Source of the DNA: Caproicibacter sp.
Lineage (GTDB): Bacteria; Bacillota; Clostridia; Oscillospirales; Acutalibacteraceae
Assembly: GCF_046707225.1 (NCBI RefSeq)
Contig: NZ_JBJKOP010000036.1
Location: forward strand, 70,832-134,831
Direction of reading: 5' to 3'
Length of the DNA: 64,000 bases
This document shows positions 19,891 to 29,489 of the stretch, in pieces; within the stretch, counting starts at the first letter, position 1; each line of letters opens with the position of its first letter. The translations under genes and the position numbers were made by a program. The notes beneath the pieces were generated by a model that was given only the letters and a program-made list of their open reading frames with translations, was not told the origin of the DNA and ran no database searches.

Positions 19891-20680
19891 CCGAAAGTTC
19901 GCGCTGCTGAAAGAAAAGGGGGAAAAGGCGCTGATCGCTTTTGTGACGGCGGGAGACCCAAATTTGGAAACGACCGAAAAATTGGTTCTTGCCATGTTTT
20001 CGGCGGGGGCGGATCTGGTGGAGATCGGCGTGCCGTTTTCGGACCCCGTGGCGGAAGGGCCGGTGATTCAAAAAGCCAGCAGCAGGGCCCTCAATTCAGG
20101 TACGACTCTGATGAAAATTTTTGCGCTTGTGAAAAAGCTGCGTGAAAAAACCGACGAGCCGATTTTATTCATGCTGTATCTGAACAGTATTTTTCGGTTT
20201 GGGAAAGAGCGCTTTTTCAGTCTTTGTTCGGCGAACGGCGTGGACGGCGTCATTGTGCCCGATATGCCGTTTGAAGAACGGGACGAAATTTTGGGTACGG
20301 CGGAAAAATACGGCGTGATTTCCATCAGCATGGTGGCACCGACTTCCCACGAGCGCATTGCGATGATCGCGTCTTCCGCAAAAGGATTCCTTTACTGCGT
20401 CTCTTCCACGGGAGTGACCGGGACCCGGAATCGGTTCACGACTGATTTCGACGCCTTTTTCGGAGCGATCCATCGGGCCGCAAAGGTTCCCTGTGCCGTG
20501 GGATTCGGAATTTCCGACCCGGAACAGGCGGAGCGGATGGCTTCTTACTGCGACGGAGTGATCGTGGGCAGCGCCCTTGTAAAAATCGTGGAACGTGAGA
20601 GGGCAAACGCCGTCATCCCGGTTTCAGATTTTGTAAAATCCCTTTGCAGGGCGGTAAAGCGTGCAAATTCCGAAAAATAA
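19877..20680 (+). CDS. trpA: Tryptophan synthase alpha chain
   Basis: 267 aa. [28 protein letters not shown]. Confidence 0.95.
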   Translation: MNRIDRKFALLKEKGEKALIAFVTAGDPNLETTEKLVLAMFSAGADLVEIGVPFSDPVAEGPVIQKASSRALNSGTTLMKIFALVKKLREKTDEPILFMLYLNSIFRFGKERFFSLCSANGVDGVIVPDMPFEERDEILGTAEKYGVISISMVAPTSHERIAMIASSAKGFLYCVSSTGVTGTRNRFTTDFDAFFGAIHRAAKVPCAVGFGISDPEQAERMASYCDGVIVGSALVKIVERERANAVIPVSDFVKSLCRAVKRANSEK

Positions 20681-20780
20681 GAAACGGCTGTCTGAAAAAC
20701 GGAGCCCGGCATTGGGGAAAAATGAACTTTCTATCAGACAGCCGGTGCGATTAGGCCGATCAAAATTCGCGCAAATATCA

Positions 20781-20826
20781 AAAAACATCCGGATGCGGGT
20801 TACTACTGCCGCATCCGGATGTTTTG
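20781..20826. terminator. Bidirectional intrinsic terminator between trpA and chrA
   Basis: ACATCCGGATGCGG / CCGCATCCGGATGT hairpin flanked by an A-run (left) and T-run (right). Confidence 0.75.
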
Positions 20827-20853
20827 CTGTATAGCAATACGATGGAAGGAAGA

Positions 20854-21426
20854 TTAAAGAAATTGATAACAGATGAGCCCTACAATGCCGGAGCCAAGCA
20901 TTACAGTAATCGGATTCGCTTTAAACTTTCTGAGTATGATAAATGCCGCGAGGAAAAGGATTCCCGCCACGACATCAAACTGCGACAGATTTGCGCTCAG
21001 CCAGGAGGAGGCTTTTCCGTTAAATAATGCCATCAGCAGGATGGATAATCCGGCCGACGCGATCAGCGATACCACGGATGGCCTCAGGCCCTTCAAGGCT
21101 CCCTTGATCACCCAAAGATCCTGGTATTTATAGTAGAAATAAGCGATGGTCAGCACGATGATACAGGAGGGAGCGACGCATCCGATGGTAGCGACGACGG
21201 CCCCGGCGACTCCCGCGATCCGCATCCCGACAAAGGTTGAGGAGTTGATGGCGATGGGGCCCGGCGTCATCTGGGAGATCGTGATGATGTCGACAAACTC
21301 CTTCATGGACATCCAATGGTTTAAGTCGACCACCTGAGCCTGAATAATCGGCATGGCCGCGTAGCCGCCGCCGATGCTGAACAGTCCGATCTGAAAAAAG
21401 CTCCAGAATAATTTCAGATAAATCAA
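20854..21426 (-). CDS. chrA: Chromate transporter (CHR family, short half-size protein)
   Basis: 190 aa. FFQIGLFSIGGGYAAMPIIQ motif. About 5-6 TM segments. Confidence 0.8.
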   Translation of the reverse strand: MIYLKLFWSFFQIGLFSIGGGYAAMPIIQAQVVDLNHWMSMKEFVDIITISQMTPGPIAINSSTFVGMRIAGVAGAVVATIGCVAPSCIIVLTIAYFYYKYQDLWVIKGALKGLRPSVVSLIASAGLSILLMALFNGKASSWLSANLSQFDVVAGILFLAAFIILRKFKANPITVMLGSGIVGLICYQFL

Positions 21427-21999
21427 TCAGCTCATCTCCTTTTTGCTCAGCTTGTGGAAAAGGCCGTTTGCCAGACCGAGCAGGCCGCACACCAGAATAA
21501 TCAGCTTGACATCCACGTCAAAAATTGTAACCGCCAAAAAGGAGACAATCATAATCGAAGCGGTGAAAATGCTTTTTTCACGAAAAATATCTTTTCCCAT
21601 CTTGACCGTCACGTCGGCGATCACCGCTGCCACGCCCGCGCTCATGCCGCGTAAAACATACTTGACGATCGTGCTTTTCTGAAACGAAACATAAAAAAGT
21701 GATATGACGGAAAGAATGACCAGCGGCGGCAGAACGGTTCCCAAAATTGTGATGAAGGTGCCGGGAAGCCCCGCCAGACGGTAGCCAATCAGAATAGAGG
21801 CGTTTACCGCGATGGCACCCGGTGTGGACTGGGCGATGGCGACCAGGTCGAGCATTTCCTTTTCCTCAATCCATTTGTATTCGTCCACAAACTTTTTTTG
21901 CATCAGCGGGACAATAACATAGCCTCCGCCGAAGGTAAAGGCGCTCAAATAGAATGTTGAGGAAAACAATTTCCAGTAAAATTTCCATCCCTTATTCAT
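21427..21999 (-). CDS. chrA: Chromate transporter (CHR family, short half-size protein, partner of the previous gene)
   Basis: 190 aa. LSAFTFGGGYVIVPLMQ motif. Directly abuts the downstream half gene. Confidence 0.8.
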   Translation of the reverse strand: MNKGWKFYWKLFSSTFYLSAFTFGGGYVIVPLMQKKFVDEYKWIEEKEMLDLVAIAQSTPGAIAVNASILIGYRLAGLPGTFITILGTVLPPLVILSVISLFYVSFQKSTIVKYVLRGMSAGVAAVIADVTVKMGKDIFREKSIFTASIMIVSFLAVTIFDVDVKLIILVCGLLGLANGLFHKLSKKEMS

Positions 22000-22032
22000 T
22001 CAAAAATCCTTCCATCTATCAAAATTAACTTT

Positions 22033-22076
22033 ATTATACAACTTGATAATTTATAAGTAAAATAATATAATATTAT
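22033..22076. promoter_or_regulatory. Candidate LysR-type binding sites in the chrA/lysR divergent region
   Basis: ATTAT-N8-ATAAT (22033-50, contains a T-N11-A core) and the 15-bp palindrome ATAATATAATATTAT (22062-76). The background is very AT-rich, so chance is not excluded. Confidence 0.3.
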
Positions 22077-22113
22077 CAAAATCATATCTTTTTTAATATC
22101 AGGAGGAAGAACG

Positions 22114-22983
22114 TTGACTTTACGGCACATGAAGATATTTGTCGCCGTCTGCGACTGCGGCAGCGTTACGGCTGCCGCCCGGAACCTTGGGCTTGCGCAG
22201 CCGGCGGTCAGCCTCGCGATCAAAGAGTTGGAAACCTATTATGGAATCAAACTTTTTGACAGAATCTCCAGAAAACTTTTTGTTACGGAAAAGGGAAAGA
22301 CGTTTTTGCAGTATGCCAGACAGATTGTCTCATTGTTCGATGAAATGGAAAACGGGGTGAAGGACTGGGATTCTTTCGGGATGCTTCGGGTTGGTTCCAG
22401 CGTTACGATCGGCACCTGCCTACTTTCCCAATTTATCGCGCGGTTCTCTCCCCAATACCCCAATGTCAAGGTTCGTGTCACGATTGACAATTCAAGCGTA
22501 ATTGAAGATAAAATACTCCTGTCCCAACTGGATTTTGCTCTGATTGAAGGGCAAATACACTCGGAAAATATTATTTCCAAAAGTTTTATGGAAGACGAGC
22601 TCGTTCTGGTCTGCGGAGCGCATCATCCGCTCGCCGCCGCTCAGGAAATATCGCTGGAGGAACTGCTCGGGCAAACCCTGATTCTGCGCGAAAAAGGAAG
22701 CGGAACCCGCGAATTGTTCGACAGCACGCTTCTGACGCATGGGCTGACGGCAGCCCCCGCGTGGGAAAGCATCAGTACGGAAGCTATTATCGGCGCGGTG
22801 TCCTGTGGAATGGGGGTATCCGTTCTTCCTTATAAGCTGGTAAGGCGGGAACTGGAGGAGCGCCGGCTGGTAAGGATTTTCATTCCTCATATCAAGTTTC
22901 AACGCAGCTTTACCGTGATACGTCATAAGGATAAGCACCTTTCCAAATCGGCGCAGGCGTTTATCCGTTTGGTAACCGGCTGA
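22114..22983 (+). CDS. LysR-family transcriptional regulator
   Basis: 289 aa. N-terminal HTH MKIFVAVCDCGSVTAAARNLGLAQPAVSLAIKELE. Divergent from the chrA pair. Confidence 0.9.
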   Translation: MTLRHMKIFVAVCDCGSVTAAARNLGLAQPAVSLAIKELETYYGIKLFDRISRKLFVTEKGKTFLQYARQIVSLFDEMENGVKDWDSFGMLRVGSSVTIGTCLLSQFIARFSPQYPNVKVRVTIDNSSVIEDKILLSQLDFALIEGQIHSENIISKSFMEDELVLVCGAHHPLAAAQEISLEELLGQTLILREKGSGTRELFDSTLLTHGLTAAPAWESISTEAIIGAVSCGMGVSVLPYKLVRRELEERRLVRIFIPHIKFQRSFTVIRHKDKHLSKSAQAFIRLVTG

Positions 22984-23159
22984 AGCGCGGCAATGCGAGC
23001 GGTTCCCGGACCTTTCGCTCAATGAAACAGGGGACGTGAGCCGCGTCCCCTGCTTGTGCCGTATGTCAGTTTTTTTCGTCCTTTGTGGTTTTCATCCGTG
23101 TGGCTTTCTCCATTGGCAGACCCGTATCGTAATCCAGCTGCCGTATTTTTATTAAATAC

Positions 23160-23411
23160 ATGCAGCCGGGCATTGGCGCCACCTTTTTGAAAGACGGAGA
23201 AATTTACCGCGGAGAATCCTATTTTTCCATGGAGATTGGCCATACGATCATCGACGCGGAGGGAGACTATTGTCCGTTGTGCCGACGCCGCGGCTGTCTG
23301 GAAAGCATTATTTCCATCGACATGATTGTCGGAACTCTGTTTTCTTCCGTCCGCTTTCGGACAGTGTCCGTAAGGGAGCAGCTTTTTTCATGGCGAGCGG
23401 CGGCGTTATAA
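23160..23411 (+). pseudogene. ROK-family (sugar kinase/repressor) internal fragment
   Basis: GIGATFLKDGEIYRGESYFSMEIGHTII...CPLCRRRGCLES matches the ROK signature and Zn-Cys motif. Only about 60 aa are present and both protein ends are missing. Confidence 0.6.
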
Positions 23412-23432
23412 AAACGGCACTCGGCCCAATAT

Positions 23433-23969
23433 TCAGTTTTGCGAACCGGCTTCCGCCCAGCTCTGCGGGTCAACCGCACCGATGTTGTTGTAGATGATCT
23501 CCACTTTCTGGCGGCGGTCGCCCCGGGCCTGCTCCGGCTCATAGACGATAATTTTCTCAATAAACTCATGGACGATGGCGGGAGTCAGCTTCTCAATCTC
23601 GGTGGTGCGGCGAACCAGAGCGAGGAAGCTGTCCACGTTGGCGGTCTGCTGTTCCTGACCGGAAATCTCCGTTTCCAGCGTGGCAACCGTTTCTTTTAAC
23701 CCAGACTGCTCCGTTTCAAGTTTAGTGGACATTTTCGCATACCGTTCATCCGGCACCTTGCCCGAAACGTTGTCCTCGTACAGCCGTTCAATCAGTGTGT
23801 CGATCTCCGCAATGCGGCGGCGGTGCTTGGAAACGGCCCGTTTTTTCGCCGCCGTTTCCCGGCTCTGTTCCTGACGGCTGTTATCCATCACAAGGCGCAC
23901 AAACCGCTTTTCATTCTGTGAAACGAACCGGAGCAGTTCCCGCAGCTCTTCCAGCACAATCTGTTCCAA
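23433..23969 (-). pseudogene. C-terminal fragment of a large serine recombinase (DUF4368-type tail); catalytic N-terminus deleted
   Basis: EKRFVRLVMDNS...RRIAEIDTLIERLYEDNVSGKVPDERYAKMS...IVHEFIEKIIVYEP is typical of the tail of TndX-like large serine recombinases. No resolvase domain is present. Confidence 0.65.
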
Positions 23970-24133
23970 CGCGCCCCGCGCTCAATGAGACGGTGCGTCC
24001 TCGCTTTTCGCTCTGCGTCGGCTTTCCGGTTGAGTAAAATTTTCTGCCGGTTTTCAAGCTGGCGGATTTTCTCCCTCACGGCTTCCGACTCCTGTTTGGA
24101 TGTTGGCATATCGTTCTCAATCACTCCATCCAT
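23888..24133 (-). pseudogene. DUF3847-like coiled-coil (mobilisation-associated) gene fragment, fused out of frame to the recombinase remnant
   Basis: MPTSKQESEAVREKIRQLENRQKILLNRKADAERKARTHRLIERGA, then nonsense. The recombinase frame continues from the same DNA (LEQIVLEELREL). Confidence 0.5.
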
Positions 24134-24552
24134 TTTTTCTTTTCAAAATAGCGTCTGAGATTTCTCGCACCTTTCCTTACGGAATCGCAAACACCGCTGC
24201 TGTTTACGTCTTCGGCGCGGGCAATGTCCACTTTCTTCATACCGAGAATGTAATGCGCATAAACGCGCCGCGCCTGAATGGGCGGCAGATGGTCAAGAGC
24301 TTCATAAAGCTGTTGCATCGAAACCTTTTGCATGAGAATTTCTTCAGGTGACGGCTCTGTGTGAAGAATACTGTTTTCAATACCATCGCCGCGATCCAGA
24401 GAGTAATAGGCTTTGTCATACCAAGCCCGGTGGTGATAATTATCTTCCTGCCGCTTTGCAAACAAAAATGCCTCGGCAACTTCGTCACTGACTTCAATGA
24501 AACAATCTTCATTGAGAAATGGATAATACTTGCGCAAGTTGATGGTGGGCAT
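24121..24552 (-). CDS. Sigma-70 region-4-like HTH protein of conjugative/mobilisable elements
   Basis: 143 aa. ALDHLPPIQARRVYAHYILGMKKVDIARAEDVNSSGVCDSVRKGARNLR. Confidence 0.6.
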   Translation of the reverse strand: MPTINLRKYYPFLNEDCFIEVSDEVAEAFLFAKRQEDNYHHRAWYDKAYYSLDRGDGIENSILHTEPSPEEILMQKVSMQQLYEALDHLPPIQARRVYAHYILGMKKVDIARAEDVNSSGVCDSVRKGARNLRRYFEKKKWME

Positions 24553-24664
24553 ACGGCTAACCTCCAGACAGTAAACGGGACAGACAGATTCAACTGCCTG
24601 TCCCGTTTACCCATGTGATAGGGCAGAAGCCCTTCACCGGGTTAGCCTGAAAATACGCTTCCGA

Positions 24665-25068
24665 TCACTCTGTCTGCAAAAAACATTTCACCTTCCTTCT
24701 AACCGCTTCGATGCTTCTCATAATAGCGGACTTGGAACATCCGCAGATGTTACCAATCTGGGAACAACTGAGCCCTTCTAAAGCGTAAAGCAAAAAGCGA
24801 TAACGCTGTTTTTCGTGCAGCTTTCCAATGCCGTCGTGATCTCCCGGAGGGTTTTTTTTCGACAGAGCCAATCTTCCGGCGTTTCGTAGTAACTCCTGCT
24901 GCACTCATGCGCTATAATGTACTCGTCAAACTCGCGCCCATCCCAATGGCGGCGCTGCTCATGGAACAAGTTCTCGGTTTTGTGATCGGCCTGAACAAGA
25001 TATTCTCCGACTTCGACGGATACTTCCACGTTTACGCTTTGTCCGTAAATTTTGATATGTACCTCCAT
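24665..25068 (-). pseudogene. Frameshifted sigma-70 region-4/HTH gene of the element
   Basis: Frame A MEVHIKIYG...TALESCT runs into a stop. Frame B continues EKQRYRFLLYALEGLSCSQIGNICGCSKSAIMRSIEAVRRKV. The shift lies at an A5 run near 24822-24832. Confidence 0.6.
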
Positions 25069-25507
25069 GATTTTTCCATCCTTTCTGAATGTTTTGAAAA
25101 TCCAGAAAAGACGGCGGGAGGCGAACGGCAACGGGACAAAAAAATGCCCAGTGGGAGAGCATCCCAAAGGGCAGTACGAAAGCTGTTATATTTTATACAA
25201 TGCCGATTAAGGTCAGAATGACCCCAATGAGCAATTCGGCTTTTTTTGAGGCATAAACGCCTGTCAGATAAAATCTGTTGTCCGCTTGTCACGCTTGGCC
25301 GCAAATTTGCGGCCAATGATATTGTGAATTACGTTGGATGAACATAACAAAATCCTCCAAACCAACAAGTTTGGAGGATTCCCATTCAGAAAAAGGTATG
25401 GAAAGAATCCCGCCAAACCCTGTTTTTTTGTTTGACGGGTGTCGCCCTATTTGTCCTTGACCAGCTAATATTCTATTTAAACTTCAATTTTTACCATACC
25501 ATTACTT

Positions 25508-26086
25508 TTAAGGCTTCAGAATCGCGACAATCCAATCGCTTTTTGGAAACGGCAATTCCTGCAAAAGAGATTTATTTAGTGCAATACCCTGTATTGCACT
25601 CCAATAGGCATTAGAAAGTGCCAAAGGATCGCCCTGCCGTGTCTGGCCCACTTTTTGTCCAATAGATATCAGCGTCGCTGTCGGCGTTATCAGGTCATAA
25701 TTATTCAGAAGTTCTTTTACACTGTCCGGCGTTGCTGCCGACCAAAAGGCCTGCATGATTAATACAAATAGTTTCAGACTGCGATCATTCTTTTCAAAAA
25801 CACTGAGCGCCGTTTCGGTGACTTTTTGAAGTGTATCAATTGGATTTTCAGTTTGAAGCAGCATCTGTTCGATATATTTCTGTCCTTCAACCGCCTCTTT
25901 GATTAATTCAAAGTAGATTTTCTCTTTCGACTCGTAATAGTTGAAAAACACACCGGTAGCAATCTGCAATTTTTGGGCGATGTCACGAATTCCAGTGGAT
26001 ACATACCCCTGGCTGATAAATAGATCTAAACTACAGTCCCTTATTTGTTTTTCTCTGCTGATTCGTTGCTGTTCCCGAAGTCTCAT
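25508..26086 (-). CDS. TetR/AcrR-family transcriptional regulator
   Basis: 192 aa. N-terminal HTH IRDCSLDLFISQGYVSTGIRDIAQKLQIATGVFFNYY. Confidence 0.85.
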   Translation of the reverse strand: MRLREQQRISREKQIRDCSLDLFISQGYVSTGIRDIAQKLQIATGVFFNYYESKEKIYFELIKEAVEGQKYIEQMLLQTENPIDTLQKVTETALSVFEKNDRSLKLFVLIMQAFWSAATPDSVKELLNNYDLITPTATLISIGQKVGQTRQGDPLALSNAYWSAIQGIALNKSLLQELPFPKSDWIVAILKP

Positions 26087-26101
26087 AATACATTCATCCC
26101 T

Positions 26102-27583
26102 TTATCTCAGTCGGCCGGTTAAATAATCCCTTACGAACGCCACCTTTGGGTCATCCGATTTTTCTATCATTTCTATTTTATCCCCAAAACTCATTGCATG
26201 TGGAATGGTATTTGTATAGGCTGTCCATTCCGGCAATTCGGCTCCGTTTGGATTTCCGAATTTAGCAAAATTTGTCCAGTATTGCGACATTGCAAGAGAT
26301 ATTTCGTAATCGGTGTTTTCAAACGGCCTCCAGCACTCTCTCAATGTTTCAAAGACATACCACAATTCACAGTTATGATACGCTCCGGCACCGTCACCTG
26401 GTAACGCACGGATAAACGAATACACATACATGGGAGCTCGGTTGCCCTGATCAGCCTGCACCTGTGCCCATGCACGCGCTACTCCGGCCATATGAACAGC
26501 CATAAAATTATCAAAACCGGTCAATTTATGATCAGTACAAAACAAATTGATAAATTTGTCGGCAAATTTGCCATAGAAGTTTTTCATGTTGTTCCGAAAC
26601 ATGTCTTCCGGCATGTTTTTGAAGACCATTCGCATTTCATCTGCCGTTGATCCGATCAGATAAGGAATATTGTGCTGATGACCATGATAAATGGCGTCCG
26701 ATACGTCTTCCGGCAATATTACTCCATCAATATTGGGCCGGAATGCAATGCGGTCCTTTGAAAAACCGGACGCTGCCATGATGAGTTCTTGAGCCGGGAC
26801 TTCTCTGAGCTCCTTTAGAGTTGATTTATTGATTTTACCCGCAAATTCAGATCCCTGTTTCTCGGCATTCTGGAGTTTAACATACTCAATCATGTGAATA
26901 CCGCCGCCGCTTTGCATGATTGCCTTTGTAAACAATTCTTTGGTCAATGGAGAGGTGGAAAGGGCCTGTACGCACATGGCACCGGAGGACTGACCAAAAA
27001 TCGTAACATTAGCGGGATCGCCGCCAAAACCTACGATATTATTCTTTATCCAACGTAGTGCGGTAATCTGGTCGAGAAGCCCGTAATTTCCGGAAATACC
27101 GTCTTTAGTTTCCCTTGAAAGTTCCGGGTGCGCCAAAAAACCTAATATTCCAAGCCGATAATTTATTGTTACGACAATGACGCCATGTTCCGCAAGTTTT
27201 TCACCGTCAAACTCAATTTCATGACCGTATCCCTGACGAAAACTACCGCCGTGTATCCACATCATCACAGGTGTTTTTGCATCATCGGACACAGCGGGAG
27301 TCCATATATTCAGATAGAGGCAATCCTCGCTCATCGGGTTGGGATCCGTGTGAAACTCACGTTTATAGTAGGGATCCATTAGCATTTCGTTCTGAATACA
27401 GGCATTTCCATACGAATCAGCTTTTCGAATTCCACTCCATGGTATAACAGACTGCGGTGCCTTCCAGCGCAAATCACCTACAGGTGGCGCTGCATATGGT
27501 ATACCCTTGAATATGGAGACTTTACCCGTGCCATCTGTGACACCAGAAACATAGCCGCCTTCAACTTTTACTGTTTGCATCAT
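26102..27583 (-). CDS. Type-B carboxylesterase (para-nitrobenzyl-esterase-like)
   Basis: 493 aa. EDCLYLNIWTP, WIHGGSFRQG, nucleophile elbow FGQSSGA. Confidence 0.9.
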   Translation of the reverse strand: MMQTVKVEGGYVSGVTDGTGKVSIFKGIPYAAPPVGDLRWKAPQSVIPWSGIRKADSYGNACIQNEMLMDPYYKREFHTDPNPMSEDCLYLNIWTPAVSDDAKTPVMMWIHGGSFRQGYGHEIEFDGEKLAEHGVIVVTINYRLGILGFLAHPELSRETKDGISGNYGLLDQITALRWIKNNIVGFGGDPANVTIFGQSSGAMCVQALSTSPLTKELFTKAIMQSGGGIHMIEYVKLQNAEKQGSEFAGKINKSTLKELREVPAQELIMAASGFSKDRIAFRPNIDGVILPEDVSDAIYHGHQHNIPYLIGSTADEMRMVFKNMPEDMFRNNMKNFYGKFADKFINLFCTDHKLTGFDNFMAVHMAGVARAWAQVQADQGNRAPMYVYSFIRALPGDGAGAYHNCELWYVFETLRECWRPFENTDYEISLAMSQYWTNFAKFGNPNGAELPEWTAYTNTIPHAMSFGDKIEMIEKSDDPKVAFVRDYLTGRLR

Positions 27584-27608
27584 CAGAATTCACCTCACAA
27601 GATATATA

Positions 27609-27666
27609 ATGAACAGTCGTTCTATGAACATAGGTTCATTATATCTCAAACATTTCCTGTTGTCAA
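27609..27666 (-). promoter_or_regulatory. Consensus promoter of the esterase-tetR operon with an overlapping palindromic operator
   Basis: Read on the minus strand: TTGACA (27661-66), 17 nt, TATAAT (27638-43). ATGAAC-N4-GTTCAT follows (27624-39), plus an extra ATGAAC half-site at 27609-14. Confidence 0.7.
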
Positions 27667-28024
27667 TGTTAAAAAGGGCTGCCTTACAGAGACAAATTCT
27701 CTCGCAAAATGACAATATGATCGTATCCCTGTCCATACAGAGATACGATCATATCAAACCGCTGCCCTACTGCTTTGCAGAGCGGTAGTTTCATATTCCC
27801 GTCCGTTGGCGTGTCTAGCTTATTTTTAGTTGTTCTGGGTTCTGCTTCCTTATGAGCCCTGACTTTTTCCGAATACTTTAAAACATTTATGTATGAGTAT
27901 CAGTTAACTCCGATTTATGATATGATCCAAATACTTCCGCTCAAAAACATGGAATTATCCCAGGTGGCTTTATGCGTTCATTCGTTTCTGGAGCATATTT
28001 GAGTACAGCTGAACGATTCCTCAT

Positions 28025-28053
28025 AAAAAAATCCGAACCCCCGCAAGGTTCGG
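28025..28053 (-). terminator. Intrinsic terminator of the MFS gene
   Basis: CCGAACC / GGTTCGG hairpin followed on the minus strand by ATTTTTTT. Confidence 0.7.
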
Positions 28054-28100
28054 TTTAAAACAGACAATTCGGAAAATGATTGAGATGGAAAGTCCGGCGG

Positions 28101-29339
28101 TCAGGTTTGCTCCGCCGGATTTTTTAACTCCCGGTTTCTGATGATCAGCAGAAGTAGAGACACCGGAATTAAAAAGATCACCGTTGCGGAAATGCCAAAA
28201 CCAACCGAAAACTTTTCCGCAAGCAGCCCGATCAAAGGTCCCCCCAGAATTTCTCCCAGCGAGTTGACCTGCTCGTTTGTCGAAAGAACGGTTGCCCGGA
28301 CGCTTCTGTCAATCTGGTTGGTGAGCAGCGCACTGAGAATCGGCCGGTTCAAGGCCTTTAAGGTATTAATTGCGAGATAAGAGAGAAGCATCAGACTGAA
28401 ATTTCTTGTAATGCCGAAAAGCAGCATACTCAGAAGATAGAAAAAATTAATCAGTGACAACTGTTCCACAGACCCAAGGGACGACGAAGCTTTCTTTCTT
28501 TTTACTGCGAACTGCATGACAAGAGTACTGAGAAGCATGACCAGTATTCCGAAGATCCCGAACCAGGTCACAGGCTTCAAATTCCCCAGGCGGGGGAGAG
28601 TGGTATCATTTAGAAAATGATCGGTGTTCAGACGGTCGTAGCCCTCGCTTGCAAGGCCTGTGAACAGAGCCATGCACAGGAGAAGCAGCAGGATTGTTTT
28701 TGTCCTTATGATTTTTATTCCTGACCGCAGGGTGAACCCTATTTTTTGAAAGGAATTCAGTTCCTCCGGGGCGGCGGGGTGGAAATGGACCTCCGGCATG
28801 GAAAGAGCTAAGAACAGGCACAGTGTCAGCATCAGCCCCCCGCCCAAAAGGATGGGAAGAACGAGCGATAGATTGCCGAGAACGGTGCTCAGCAAAATCC
28901 CCGCCAGCGCGCCGATTTGTCCAAACTGCGCGCCCCTCAGATAGACCGTATTCAGTTCTTTTGCGTGGTCCTCATCGGCAATCCAGGCCTCAAGAGCTCC
29001 ATCGATAAAGGTGGAACCGATTCCAAGAAAAACTTGGGAGGCCATGACGGCCGGGTAGCTTGGAATACTTCCCTGAATGAGAAATCCGAGCCCGGTCAGA
29101 CCGACTCCAAGAATCACCGAGAGCTTTCGGCTGTAAAGGTCCGCCACAATTCCGGTGGGAACCTGGGAAAGAAAACAGGAAGCTTCAAAAGCCGTTCCGG
29201 TTAAAACCAGCTCCAACGGACTTAAGCGAAGAATCTCTACCTGATACACCATCGTAACCGTCGAATTTAATGAATAGAACAGTGCATACAGGCAGGAGAA
29301 GATCAGATACATACGATATGCTTCAAACTTTTTTCTCAA
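28101..29339 (-). CDS. MFS transporter (12 TM)
   Basis: 412 aa. TTG start. Typical MFS loop motif GIVADLYSRK. Highly hydrophobic throughout. Confidence 0.85.
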   Translation of the reverse strand: MRKKFEAYRMYLIFSCLYALFYSLNSTVTMVYQVEILRLSPLELVLTGTAFEASCFLSQVPTGIVADLYSRKLSVILGVGLTGLGFLIQGSIPSYPAVMASQVFLGIGSTFIDGALEAWIADEDHAKELNTVYLRGAQFGQIGALAGILLSTVLGNLSLVLPILLGGGLMLTLCLFLALSMPEVHFHPAAPEELNSFQKIGFTLRSGIKIIRTKTILLLLLCMALFTGLASEGYDRLNTDHFLNDTTLPRLGNLKPVTWFGIFGILVMLLSTLVMQFAVKRKKASSSLGSVEQLSLINFFYLLSMLLFGITRNFSLMLLSYLAINTLKALNRPILSALLTNQIDRSVRATVLSTNEQVNSLGEILGGPLIGLLAEKFSVGFGISATVIFLIPVSLLLLIIRNRELKNPAEQT

Positions 29340-29385
29340 TTTGGCTCCTTATCTTTATACTTACAACAATTCCAGTTGAATTGTA

Positions 29386-29417
29386 AAATTTTCTTATGTC
29401 CCCCCCGCCGAAGGCGG
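29386..29417 (-). other. Very GC-rich hairpin in the MFS 5' UTR, built from C7/G8 homopolymer tracts
   Basis: ATGTCCCCCCCGCC-GAA-GGCGGGGGGGGACAT. About 14 bp with one bulged G. Confidence 0.7.
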
Positions 29418-29489
29418 GGGGGGACATGTTCATATTTGCAATCTAAATTGGAAATGCTGTCGGGCGCGCGTTCCGGATATAACAGTATT

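Larger units (their letters stand above)
23433..25330 (-). mobile_element. Decayed remnant of a serine-recombinase integrative (conjugative/mobilisable) element
   Basis: Co-linear recombinase tail, DUF3847-like fragment and two sigma/HTH genes, one of them frameshifted. The right-hand boundary is approximate (hairpins at 25298-25315 and 25351-25381). Confidence 0.55.

Noticed and set aside
23019-23243. 74-aa minus-strand ORF between lysR and the recombinase remnant.
   Set aside because: It is antisense to the ROK-fragment frame and has no motif or RBS.
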